In this document: positions 26,182 to 35,856 of the stretch, piece after piece
Layout of the letters: the number at the start of each line of letters is the position of its first letter
How positions within the stretch are numbered: position 1 is the stretch's first letter
Source of the DNA: an uncultured Acidobacteriota bacterium
GTDB taxonomy: Bacteria; Acidobacteriota; Vicinamibacteria; Vicinamibacterales; UBA2999
Length of the DNA stretch: 64,000 nucleotides
Reading direction: 5' to 3'
Assembly (NCBI GenBank): GCA_963814395.1
Contig: CAWFCS010000001.1
Coordinates: 128,581 to 192,580 of the forward strand
The notes under the pieces: generated by a model
Seen by the model: the letters and a program-made list of their open reading frames with translations, nothing else
Databases searched by the model: none
Told to the model about the DNA's origin: nothing
Position numbers and translations under genes: made by a program

Positions 26182-27024
26182 ATGGTCTTCGCTTGCGGGG
26201 CCGTTCTTCTTGCGCAAGATCGGTACGTCAGCTCAGACGGAGCGTCGATTCGTTACGTCGTCCAGGGGCGAGGCGAATCGGTCGTGCTGGTCCATGGGTA
26301 CACTGGAAGCGTAGAAGACCATTGGGTTACGCCTGGAGTTATGTCGAGGTTCGCGCAGGACTACCAAGTGGTGGCGCTGGACCTGCGCGGACATGGGAAA
26401 GGCGCCACACCGTATGAGGCCAGCGCCTATGCACGCATGGAACAGGACGTCGTGCGCGTGCTCGACGACCTGAAGATCGCTCGCGCACACATTGTCGGCT
26501 ACTCCCTCGGAGGAGTCTTCGTCAACAAGCTGCTCGTGACCAATCCTGACCGCGTCCACACCGCGGTGCTTGTAGCTTCGCCAGGGCGCCGAAGTTGGAG
26601 CGCGAAGGACGACGAGGCTGCGCAGCATGCCGCTCGGGAGCTGATGAGCGATGCACCCTACCGATCGTTGGCGCTACTCCTCGCCCCGACCGATCGCTCC
26701 CGACCATCAGAAGAGGCCGTGCGATCGGCTTCGGCACGCCTGGCCGCCCGCAACGACCCGAAGGCTCATGCGGCACTAGCGTTGGCGCGCAAGTATCAGG
26801 TCGTAACGGTCGAGGAGTTGGCTCGCACCAAGACGCCATCTCTCGCCGTAGTCGGCACAGCCGATCCTGTAGTGAACAGCGTTCGCGATATGAAGAAGGG
26901 CTGGCCGGGTGTGGTCGTGGAAGAAATCGGGGGCGCCACGCATGCGGGCGAGCGAAGCAGTCTGACGCAGCCGTCCACCTGGAACCGCGTCGCGGCGTTC
27001 TTTCGTGAGCATCCTACGTTCTAG
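26182..27024 (+). CDS. alpha/beta hydrolase
   Basis: VLVHGYTGS.. and nucleophile elbow GYSLGG. Confidence 0.75.
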   Translation: MVFACGAVLLAQDRYVSSDGASIRYVVQGRGESVVLVHGYTGSVEDHWVTPGVMSRFAQDYQVVALDLRGHGKGATPYEASAYARMEQDVVRVLDDLKIARAHIVGYSLGGVFVNKLLVTNPDRVHTAVLVASPGRRSWSAKDDEAAQHAARELMSDAPYRSLALLLAPTDRSRPSEEAVRSASARLAARNDPKAHAALALARKYQVVTVEELARTKTPSLAVVGTADPVVNSVRDMKKGWPGVVVEEIGGATHAGERSSLTQPSTWNRVAAFFREHPTF

Positions 27025-27034
27025 TGCATCGACA

Positions 27035-27105
27035 GTATGACGTCCGAATGCAGCCGACGCGCCACGTGATGCCAACGGCGCGCGGCTGATTCGGCGTCGT
27101 TAGAC
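27035..27105 (+). repeat. attC site, family C
   Basis: 71 bp, GTATGAC...GTTAGAC (degenerate R''). Confidence 0.7.
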
Positions 27106-27173
27106 CGACAACGAAGGGCACGACGAAGAGAGGACGGTAGTGGTGACGAACACTCGAGGTATGTGCGCAGCTC

Positions 27174-27944
27174 TTGTGTGTGTCCTCGCGGTTGCAGTAC
27201 CTGAGCGCTCAGCCGCCCGCCCCTGTTCTCCACGACCTCAAGGCCATGCCCGAACTGGAGGTCAACGCGAACATCAAGATCAAGAAGGTGATGGGCGAGA
27301 TCGGCACCTTCATGCTCGGCAGGTTCCGTGCGGGGTTCAAGTCCGCTCCTCATCACCATACCTACGAACAAATCAACATCGGCCTGACGGGCATGTACAC
27401 GTTGCCGGTGGCAGGCACTCGGCATCCGGTGTCGGCCATGCGCGGCGTCGTGATCCCGCCAGACGTCGAGCACAACAACGACGTGCCTGGGGACGCCGGT
27501 GACCCAGAATTGATCGAGTTTCAGTCCACGCGCCGACTCGACTTCCCGCCCGAGCGCCAGCAGGTCACTCTTCCTGCCTGGCCTACGGCGTTGCCGGTGC
27601 CCCAGGGGCGCCAGGTGGGGTTTGACTTCGGCACATCGTCCTCGGGCTGGCAGACCATCATCAAGGGTGTTCGCATGCAGGCGCGCACCGGCAGCACGAC
27701 CGCGATCGCGTCGTGGGAGCTTCTGCCAACGGCGCAAGACTCCGTCGACCTCCGACTCTTGCTGCCTGGGGCTGAGCGGTTCGTATATGTGGTTGAAGGC
27801 GCCGTTGAGGCAACCGTCGACACAAGGCGCCTCGTCGTGAGCCCTGGCGCCTTGCTCGTGAGCGCGTCAGGCGGGCCGCCTCTTCGCGTCAGCAGGCAGG
27901 GCAGCCAACGAGCGCTGCTGCTCGTATTCGAGGCGCGTCGCTGA
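27174..27944 (+). CDS. cupin-domain protein (two cupin-like halves)
   Basis: ..SAPHHHTYEQINIGLTG cupin motif. A possible signal peptide lies in another frame upstream (27140..). Confidence 0.45.
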   Translation: MCVSSRLQYLSAQPPAPVLHDLKAMPELEVNANIKIKKVMGEIGTFMLGRFRAGFKSAPHHHTYEQINIGLTGMYTLPVAGTRHPVSAMRGVVIPPDVEHNNDVPGDAGDPELIEFQSTRRLDFPPERQQVTLPAWPTALPVPQGRQVGFDFGTSSSGWQTIIKGVRMQARTGSTTAIASWELLPTAQDSVDLRLLLPGAERFVYVVEGAVEATVDTRRLVVSPGALLVSASGGPPLRVSRQGSQRALLLVFEARR

Positions 27945-27965
27945 TCGTCAAGGTGATGACCAGCG

Positions 27966-28037
27966 GTCTAACATCCAAATGCAGCCGACGCGCCGCGTGA
28001 TGCCCGACGGCGCGCGGCTGATGCGGTGCCGTTGGGC
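27966..28037 (+). repeat. attC site, family C
   Basis: 72 bp, GTCTAAC...GTTGGGC. Confidence 0.85.
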
Positions 28038-28074
28038 AGACCGCTCACGCACCACCAGGGAAGAGGACCGAAGA

Positions 28075-28590
28075 ATGAACCTGTTGACGACAAGACTTGC
28101 GCTCACGGTCATTCTGTCGCTCGGCTCCTTGGGCAGCACGTCGCACGCGCAGGCCGACGACCCTGTTGCCAAGCAGTTCACTGGGATGTGGAGGCTGGCC
28201 TCTCGAACGCAGCGTCTCGCTGATGGCACGACGCGACAGCATCCGATCAGCGTCGGGTACATCATCTACACCGATTCTGGGCACATGTGCTACGTGGCCA
28301 TGAATCCTAGTCGGGCCAAGTGGAAGTCCGAGACTGCGCCGACCGCCGAAGAAGCCATCTCCGGGATCACGGGCCTGGGTGCATACTGCGCGACTGTCGA
28401 GGTGTATTCGAAAGAGGGATTTGTCGTCCATCAGGCGGAGATTGACAAGATCCCGAACCTGGTTGATCGGGCCAAGAAACGGTGGTTTACATTTCAGGGG
28501 CCGAACCGCGTCGTGTTGCGGGTCGATACCCCGGAACTAATCTTGCCGGTCGTCGAGGACACGCTGACCTGGGATCGCGTACGGCAGTGA
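28075..28590 (+). CDS. lipocalin-like domain protein, secreted
   Basis: Signal peptide MNLLTTRLALTVILSLGSLGSTSHA. ..FTGMWRLAS.. start typical of the lipocalin-like family. Confidence 0.55.
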   Translation: MNLLTTRLALTVILSLGSLGSTSHAQADDPVAKQFTGMWRLASRTQRLADGTTRQHPISVGYIIYTDSGHMCYVAMNPSRAKWKSETAPTAEEAISGITGLGAYCATVEVYSKEGFVVHQAEIDKIPNLVDRAKKRWFTFQGPNRVVLRVDTPELILPVVEDTLTWDRVRQ

Positions 28591-28680
28591 TCTGAAGCAG
28601 ACGATCCCGCTCGCTCTACGCGAGGCTCATGGAAGTCCGACGTCGACCGAGCGGACAGCTGGACATCGGCGCACACGGCC

Positions 28681-28752
28681 GTCTAACACGCGCTGCACTA
28701 GACGGCCGCCGGTGCAATCATGGGCGGCCGCTGGTGAACGCTGTCGTTGATA
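28681..28752 (+). repeat. divergent attC-like site
   Basis: 72 bp, GTCTAAC...GTTGATA. Arms acgcgctgcactagacggccgcc / ggcggccgctggtgaacgctgtc pair imperfectly. Confidence 0.6.
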
Positions 28753-28816
28753 TGGCCGATTCCCGAGGTTGCGGTCGGTCGATCGAGAGCTACGAGGAGG
28801 GACCGCCGTGCCTGGA

Positions 28817-30304
28817 ATGTCTCGACGTGAAGCGCTCGCCCTTCTGGCAGCAGGTGCCGTCGCGCCCCATGGGGCCGCCGTGTCGGCACAGACTGCGACC
28901 GACGCTCATTGGTTGAGTATGGCGGACATCGGCCGCCTTATCAGGGCGCGAACGCTGTCATCCACGGCGTTGACCGAGCAGATGCTCGATCGCATCAAGC
29001 GCCTCGACCCAGCCCTCGAGAGTTACGCCACCCTGATGGCCGACGCCGCCCTGGACGCCGCGCGCGCGGCCGACCGCGAGATGAGTGCTGGCACCGACCG
29101 CGGACCGCTGCACGGCGTGCCGATTGCCGTCAAGGACCTCTGTTACACCCGCGGGGTTCGAACGATGGGCGGGACGTTCGTGAATGCCACGTTCGTTCCG
29201 AACGAAGACGCTACCGTCGTTGCCAAGCTGCGCGATGCCGGCGCGGTCCTGCTCGGCAAGCTGAATCTCACGGAAGGCGCGATGGTGGGGTATCACCCCG
29301 AGAGGGGCATTCCGCGAAACCCGTGGGACACCAGTCGCTGGCCGGGCCATTCGTCGAGCGGATCGGGGGTGGCGCTCGCCGCTGGCCTGTGCTTTGGCGC
29401 CATCGGCACCGACACCGGCGGTTCAATCCGCTATCCCTCGTCTGCCAACGGCGTGGTCGGACTGAAGCCCACCTATGGACGCGTAAGCCGCCACGGCGTG
29501 ATGGGGTTGTCCGCAACACTTGATCATGTCGGTCCGATGGCCCGAACCGTGCGGGACGTCGCCACCATGTACGACGCGATTGCCGGGCACGATCCGAAGG
29601 ACGCCACGTCGCTCGCGAGCCCACCGACCAGCGCGACCGCCCAGATCGAGCGGTCCATCAGTGGCCTGCGTATCGGCATCGATCGTGACTACGCGCTACG
29701 AGGTATCGATCCCGGCCAGGCTGCGTCCATCGAGGAGGCGCTCAAGGTACTCGCCGGCCTCGGCGCACGCATCGTCGACGTAACCATGCCAGATCGCTCG
29801 GCAATGCGCGACACGTGGCTATCAATCTGCGCCGCTGAAGCACTCGTGTTTCACAAAGAGAATTACCCGGCGCGCGCCAACGACTACGGTGTCTACTTCC
29901 GCGAGTTCCTGGCCATGGGCGCCACGGTGACTCCGGAGCAGGCCGCTACGGCACGGGCGTGGCGAACCCAGTTCAGCGCCCGTGTCACGGCGGTTCTGGA
30001 GTCCGTCGACGCCATGGCCTGCCCGGCCGGCGGCGCCCCGGCGTGGCCGGTCACGCGCGCTCAACTACTCGGCGGCGACCTCGTTCCGGCGATGGCCAAG
30101 GCATTGCCGCGCAGCTCCGAATTCACGATGCCGATGAATCTCGCCGGCACGCCGGCCATCTGCCTGCCGTCGGGTTTCTCGGCCGAAGGGCTTCCGTACA
30201 GCATCCAGCTTGCCGGCCGCCGTCTCAGTGAGCCAACGCTCTGCCGTCTCGCGTACGCCTACGAGCAAGCCACGCGGTGGCATACTCGGCACCCGGCGAT
30301 CTGA
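28817..30304 (+). CDS. amidase (amidase-signature family), Tat/Sec signal
   Basis: MSRREALALLAAGA.. signal. GHSSSGSG and GTDTGGSIR signature. Confidence 0.8.
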   Translation: MSRREALALLAAGAVAPHGAAVSAQTATDAHWLSMADIGRLIRARTLSSTALTEQMLDRIKRLDPALESYATLMADAALDAARAADREMSAGTDRGPLHGVPIAVKDLCYTRGVRTMGGTFVNATFVPNEDATVVAKLRDAGAVLLGKLNLTEGAMVGYHPERGIPRNPWDTSRWPGHSSSGSGVALAAGLCFGAIGTDTGGSIRYPSSANGVVGLKPTYGRVSRHGVMGLSATLDHVGPMARTVRDVATMYDAIAGHDPKDATSLASPPTSATAQIERSISGLRIGIDRDYALRGIDPGQAASIEEALKVLAGLGARIVDVTMPDRSAMRDTWLSICAAEALVFHKENYPARANDYGVYFREFLAMGATVTPEQAATARAWRTQFSARVTAVLESVDAMACPAGGAPAWPVTRAQLLGGDLVPAMAKALPRSSEFTMPMNLAGTPAICLPSGFSAEGLPYSIQLAGRRLSEPTLCRLAYAYEQATRWHTRHPAI

Positions 30305-30313
30305 CGTGCGCCG

Positions 30314-30382
30314 GCCCAACCTGCGGTTGCCGCCGGCGTCGGCCGGTGCAATCCTGAGGCCGGGCACAGCCTGGCGTTCAAG
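30314..30382 (+). repeat. degenerate attC-like site (last of array)
   Basis: 69 bp, GCCCAAC...GTTCAAG. The interior resembles family A (..GCGGTTGCCGCCGG..ATCCTGAGGCCGGG..). Confidence 0.45.
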
Positions 30383-30457
30383 CGCAACGCGGTCGCGCTG
30401 AGTCAGCTGCCGGGTGTCGAGGTGCAGGCGGTCGCCGACGCCAAGAAGGGCGCGGGG

Positions 30458-31798
30458 ATGGGAAAGGACACCGTGCGTCATTCGCTGCTGTTGTGCGTGG
30501 TGCTGATCGCCACCATTGGTCTGACTCCCACCACAGGCCGTGCGCAGGCGAGCACCAAGTGGGTGACCACGTGGGCTGGTTCCGTGCAGGGGCCGTACCC
30601 GGTCGGCAACGCGACAGCTCAGCCGGACTTGAGCGTGGTGTTCCCGTCGGCTGAAACCGGCGCACGCGACCAGTCCTTTCGGTTGATCGTGCGCCCCGAT
30701 CTCTGGGGGCCCGAGGCGCGCCTTCGACTCTCGAATACGTTCGGCACCCGTCCGATCACCTTCGACGGTGTGTTCGCAGGCATCCAGATGAGCGGCGCCT
30801 CGATTCTGAAGGGGACCAATCGCGCCGTGACCTTCGCAGCGAAAGCCTCGGTGACGATCGCGGCCGGGGAATCAGCGTGGAGCGATCCGATCGCCCTGCC
30901 GTTCTGGCGCCCGGCCCCGGACACGACGCTCGACGGTCGAAAGCTCGCCGTCAGCTTCCACATCAGTGGGGACAGCGGACCGATGACCTGGCACGCCAAG
31001 GCGCTCACCACGTCGTTCGTCACGATGCCAGGAGCCGGCTCGCGGGGCCAGGATGAGGGCGAGTCGGCGTTTCGAGCCAGTACCACCTCCTGGTACTTCC
31101 TCGACGCCATCGACATGCGGGCACCGCGCGACACGCGCGTGGTTGTCGCGTTCGGTGATTCGATCACTGACGGCACCGCGTCCACACTCAACGGGGACGA
31201 CCGATGGCCGGATGTGCTCTCGCGGCGCTTGCACGCCGAGTACGGCGACTCGGTTGCCGTCGTCAACGCCGGCATCGGCGGCAATCGTGTCGCCAGTCCG
31301 CTCGACTACTCTTCGCAGAAGCCGTTTGCCGGCGGGCCATCGGCAGGCCAGCGTCTCGAACGCGACGTGCTCTCGCTCTCTGGCGTCTCAGCGGTCATCT
31401 GGCTGGAGGGGATCAACGACTTCACCTCAGGGGCCACGGTGGACGGCGTTCAGGCCGCCATGCGCCACGTCGTGGGCCGGCTCCGCTCGAAGGGTCTTCG
31501 CGTGTATGGGGCAACGCTCACCTCGGCCATCGGCAATGCCAGCGGCGGCGATGGCGGCGTGGAGAGAGACACGAAACGACGTGCCCTGAACGCCTTCATT
31601 CGCACGTCCGCGCTGTTCGACGGCGTGTTCGACTTCGACCGGGCGACGCTCGACCCAGGAACGGGCGCAATGCGCGAGGAGTTCGTCCCGAACAGTACCA
31701 CGGGCGGTCCCGGTGATCACCTACATCCGAATCGACTTGGGTATCTCGCCATGGGGCAGGCGATCGATCTGCAGCTGTTGATGGCAGAGAAGCACTGA
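30458..31798 (+). CDS. SGNH/GDSL-family hydrolase, secreted
   Basis: VVAFGDSITDG block I and GDHLHPN block V. Confidence 0.75.
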   Translation: MGKDTVRHSLLLCVVLIATIGLTPTTGRAQASTKWVTTWAGSVQGPYPVGNATAQPDLSVVFPSAETGARDQSFRLIVRPDLWGPEARLRLSNTFGTRPITFDGVFAGIQMSGASILKGTNRAVTFAAKASVTIAAGESAWSDPIALPFWRPAPDTTLDGRKLAVSFHISGDSGPMTWHAKALTTSFVTMPGAGSRGQDEGESAFRASTTSWYFLDAIDMRAPRDTRVVVAFGDSITDGTASTLNGDDRWPDVLSRRLHAEYGDSVAVVNAGIGGNRVASPLDYSSQKPFAGGPSAGQRLERDVLSLSGVSAVIWLEGINDFTSGATVDGVQAAMRHVVGRLRSKGLRVYGATLTSAIGNASGGDGGVERDTKRRALNAFIRTSALFDGVFDFDRATLDPGTGAMREEFVPNSTTGGPGDHLHPNRLGYLAMGQAIDLQLLMAEKH

Positions 31799-31852
31799 GC
31801 TGTGGTCTTGCGGCTCTGGCTGAGCACCAGAGGTGAGTTATGCTCCGGTGCG

Positions 31853-32437
31853 ATGAGTCTCGAGCACGAGAAGTGGATGCGCCTGGCCATCGACGAGGCG
31901 GAGCTGGCGCGCGGCAACACGGGCGACAACCCTTGGGTCGGCTGCGCGATCGTGAGCCCGACCGGCGAGCTCCTGGGGCGGGGCCACACACTGGGCCCAG
32001 GCGAAGATCACGCCGAGATCGCCGCCGCCCGCGACGCGCAGGCGCGCGGGCACAGCGTGGTGGGCGCCACGCTCTATTCCACCCTTGAACCCTGCGCGTT
32101 CCATGGCCGCACCCCGGCCTGCGCGAGATCTATTGCCGAACGCGGCATCGCCCGGGTGGTGATCGGGATGCCCGACCCGCACCCGCGGGTCAACGGCGCG
32201 GGCACGCTCATGCTGCGCAACGCCATGGTGGAGGTGATCGAAGGGGTGTGCGAGGCCGACGTGAGACGCCAGCTTGGCCCCTGGGCACTCGAGCACCATC
32301 CGCATGAGCCGCTGCACCGGGCCCAGTCCCTTCCCGAGCCGCACCGCGTGGCACGGCTGGCCGAGCTCTACGGAGTAGACCGCTCGCAGATCGAGGCGTT
32401 CCTGGCCAGACACGCCGCTGGAGACTCACGGCCATGA
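31853..32437 (+). CDS. CMP/dCMP-type deaminase (RibD N-terminal-like)
   Basis: HAEIAA and LEPCAFHGRTPAC zinc motifs. Confidence 0.7.
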   Translation: MSLEHEKWMRLAIDEAELARGNTGDNPWVGCAIVSPTGELLGRGHTLGPGEDHAEIAAARDAQARGHSVVGATLYSTLEPCAFHGRTPACARSIAERGIARVVIGMPDPHPRVNGAGTLMLRNAMVEVIEGVCEADVRRQLGPWALEHHPHEPLHRAQSLPEPHRVARLAELYGVDRSQIEAFLARHAAGDSRP

Positions 32438-32459
32438 CCGTGATCCGGAAAGGCTGACC

Positions 32460-33218
32460 ATGGCACACCCCGATGCCTGCGTCACGATCCATATGGTGGC
32501 CAGCCTCGACGGCTTCATCGCCCGCACCGACGGACGCGTCGACTGGCTCGAGGTGCCCGACGAGTTCGAAGGGGGCGACACGCTCGACCCGGAGTTCGTG
32601 CGAGCGTTCCTGCAGACCATCGACTGCTACGTGATGGGCTCACGCACCTACGAAACCGCCCTGGCGTTCGAGGGCAAGGGTCTTGGCTGGGCCTACGGTG
32701 ACACGCCGACGTTCGTGCTGACCAGCCGGCCGCTGCCGAAGACCAGGGATTCGGTGGAGTTCTACGCGGGCGATCTCACGCGCCTGGTGAATGAGCGGCT
32801 CAAGCCATCGTTCCGCGGCATCTGGTTCGTGGGCGGCGGGGTCGTGGCTGGAGAGTGCCTGCGGCTCGGCCTGGCCAACGAGGTGCGCTACTCGATCGTG
32901 CCCATCCTGATTGGTGAAGGCATTCCGTTCTTCACCGCGCTCGGCGCGGATGTGGCGCTGCACCTGGTGGAGACGAAGGCCTACAAGAGCGGCATGGTGG
33001 CCCTGCGCTACGAGGTGCGGCCAGAGCGTCATGACTCAGCTGTGGACGATCATCGGCGTAGGCGACGTGGCGCGCAGCATCAGCGTGGTATCAGTCGCTC
33101 CTCGGCCAGCCCCACTCGCCACCGGCCCATGCCGACTTCGGGCAGATTCGCGAGGCCGATGGCACGGTGTTGCTGTGTCTTCACCAGTGGGGCGCGCACG
33201 AACATCCGTCGCTGCTGA
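32460..33218 (+). CDS. RibD C-terminal/DHFR-like reductase family protein
   Basis: TIHMVASLDGFIA.. The last ~60 aa of the ORF overlap the next gene and are probably not real. Confidence 0.6.
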   Translation: MAHPDACVTIHMVASLDGFIARTDGRVDWLEVPDEFEGGDTLDPEFVRAFLQTIDCYVMGSRTYETALAFEGKGLGWAYGDTPTFVLTSRPLPKTRDSVEFYAGDLTRLVNERLKPSFRGIWFVGGGVVAGECLRLGLANEVRYSIVPILIGEGIPFFTALGADVALHLVETKAYKSGMVALRYEVRPERHDSAVDDHRRRRRGAQHQRGISRSSASPTRHRPMPTSGRFARPMARCCCVFTSGARTNIRRC

Positions 33219-33412
33219 GCCCTGAACCGGCCACGCCGGGGAACGGCCTGCTCTTGTTCTTTCGCGTCGACGATCTCGACCAGGCGTTGCCGCGAGCCCG
33301 CGCGCTCGTATCCCAACTCGAAGAGGAACCGCACGCCAACCCGAACACGCGCACGACGGAGTTCTCGCTGCGGGATCCCGACGGCTACTACGTGACGATC
33401 AGCGCGCTGTGA
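33031..33412 (+). pseudogene. VOC/glyoxalase-family protein, one frame change as sequenced
   Basis: MTQLWTIIGVGDVARSIS / WYQSLLGQPH..LLCLHQWGAHEHP..LRDPDGYYVTISAL. The shift is near 33085. Confidence 0.55.
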
Positions 33413-33424
33413 CCACTTGCCGGC

Positions 33425-34056
33425 GTGCTCGCTCTGGCCGTGCTCGACAGCATCAACCCGTCGGCGATCGTCGTCACGCTCTATTTGCTCTCTACCGCCG
33501 GGTCGCGCGCGTTCGCGCAGGTGGGCGTGTACATCGCCACGATCTTCGTCACCTACCTGCTGCTCGGGGTGGCGATGATGGTGGGGATCGGCGCGCTTCT
33601 GCCGTCGCTCGGAGCGGCCCTCGACGGCGTGCCGGGCCTGATCGTGCAGAGCGTCGTGGGGCTGGCGCTGCTGGTCTACAGCCTGCGCGCCCCCGCGCAA
33701 CGCCACGGCATCGACGGCGCGGCCACCGTCAGCAAGCTCGCTTGCCGCGCTCGTGATGCTGGGTGTCACGCGTGACGGCCATGGAACTGCCCACGGCCGT
33801 GCCCTACTTCGCGGCCATCGCCCTGCTCACCGAGGCCGAGCTGCCGCTGCGCGCGTGGGCGCCGCTGCTCGCGGCCTACAACGTGATCTTCGTGCTGCCG
33901 CCGCTGGCGCTGCTGGCCGGGCACCTGGTGTTGCAGGGCCGGATGGCGGAGCCCTATGCGGCCCTCAGGCAGCGGCTGGAGAGCGGTGCGCGAAGCACCA
34001 TGCTGTGGATTGCTGGCCTCGTTGGCGGCGCGCTCTTCGCCACGGGCGATGATTGA
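33425..34056 (+). pseudogene. GAP-family membrane protein, one frame change as sequenced
   Basis: LAVLDSINPSAIVVTLYLL.. continues as ..ELPTAVPYFAAIALL in another frame (near 33750). Confidence 0.5.
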
Positions 34057-34097
34057 ACTCGTGGCGCGGCTGCGCTGAGATCACGGGCGCCGCGCGC

Positions 34098-35785
34098 CTA
34101 CTTCGGCGGCACCACCGGCACGAAGCCCGGGAACACGTAGGCGTAGAGCATCGCCACGATGCCCATCACGATCATCAGCATCACGCTGTGCTTGATGGTG
34201 AAGCGGAACAGCCGGCTCTCGTCGTCGGACGTCATGCCCGTGGCGGCCACGGCCACGGCGATGCTCTGCACCGAGATCATCTTGCCCATCACGCCGGCCG
34301 CCGAGTTCACCGACGCCGTGAGCACGGGATTCAGGCCCAGCGCATTGGCCGTCACCACCTGCAGGTTGCCGAAGAGCGCGTTGGCCGAGGTGTCGCTGCC
34401 GGTGAGGAACACGCCCAGCCAGCCCACCACCGCGCTGAAGAACGGGAACAGCACGCCGGTGGTGGCCAGCGCCAGGCCGAGCGTGCTGGTCATGCCCGAG
34501 TAGTTCATCAGGTAGGCCAGCCCGAGCATCGAGGCGATGGTGAGCATGGCGAACTTGAGCTGGTTGAAGGTGGCGGCATACAGCCCCACGAACTTGCCGG
34601 GCGACACGCGCAGCACCAGGGCCGCGGCAATCGTGGCCAGGAAGCACGCCGTGCCCGACGCGCTCAGCCAGTTGAGGGTGTAGATGGCGGCGTAGGGCGC
34701 CGGCGCGGCGGTGACCGGCGGGATGCGCGTGATCACATTGTGCAGGCCGGGCACCATCACGCCGTTCAGGCCAGCGGCGGCCTTGGGCAGGAACGACGGC
34801 ATGATGCCGTGGGTGAAGGTGTCGATCTGCGCCTTGATGGACGGCTCTCCCCAGGGCAGCACGAACACGACCAGCAGCAGGTAGGGCATCCAGGCCATGA
34901 AGATGGCGCCGGCCGAGTGCCGCTTGGCCGCCGCGGTGATGGGCGTATCGCCCTCGAGCCGCATGATGGTCTTGGGTCGCCACAGCTTCAGCACCGCGAC
35001 CATCACGATGATGCAGGTGAGCGAGCTGAGGATGTCGGTCAGCTCCGGGCCCATGTAGTTCGACACGTAGAACTGCATGCGCGGCAAACGACACGCCGCA
35101 GGCGATGATCGCCGGCAGCACCTCCGCGGCGCGCGCCCAGCCCGCCATGACCACCACGAGATAGCCCGGGATGATGATCGAGATGAGCGCGCACATGCGG
35201 CCCACCATGGCCGAGAGCGGCATCACGGGCAGACCCGGTGACCGCCGCCAGGGTGGTGACCGGGATGCCGATCGAGCCAAACGCCACCGGCGCGGTGTTG
35301 GCGATGAGGCAGAGGCCGGCGGCGTAGAAGGGATTGAAGCCCAAGCCCGCCAGCATGGCGCCCGACACGGCCACGGGCGCGCCGAAGCCCGCGGCGCCTT
35401 CGATGAACGCGCCGAACGAGAAGGCGATGAACATCGCCTGCAGGCGGCGGTCGTCGGTGAGGCTGCCGACCGAATCCTTGATCACCTCGAACTTGCCCGT
35501 GTCTACCGCCAGGCGGTAGAGCATGATCGACGAGAACACGATCCAGGCGATCGGGAACAGGCCGTAGGCGGCGCCGTACACCGTGGAGATCACGGCCAGG
35601 CCGGGCGGCATGCCGTAGACCGCCAGCGCCACGACGAACGCGGTGATGAGGCCACTGAGCGCCGCTTTCCACGCCGGGGCGCGCCACACGCCCAGCATCA
35701 GGAAGAGCACCACGATGGGCAATGCGGCAACCGGCGCCGACATGGCCAGGCTGCCGCCGAGGGGTTCGTAGTTATGCGTCCACAT
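34098..35785 (-). pseudogene. lctP: L-lactate permease, two frame changes as sequenced
   Basis: Three colinear frames carry LctP sequence (..FGAPVAVSGAMLAGLGF.. / ..LPVMPLSAMVGRM.. / ..GVFLTGSDTSANALFGNLQ..). Confidence 0.8.
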
Positions 35786-35856
35786 ATGCGGGTTGGCCGT
35801 GTGGCAGTCCACGGCCCCGCACGCTTATAGCACAGGCCGCCGCTGCGGGCGGCACA

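Noticed and set aside
26149-26184. SD-preceded ATG at 26149 followed by an in-frame TAG at codon 3 upstream of the alpha/beta hydrolase
   Set aside because: It could be a nonsense-disrupted original signal peptide. However, ATG 26182 has its own GGAG and gives a complete hydrolase domain, so the evidence is insufficient.
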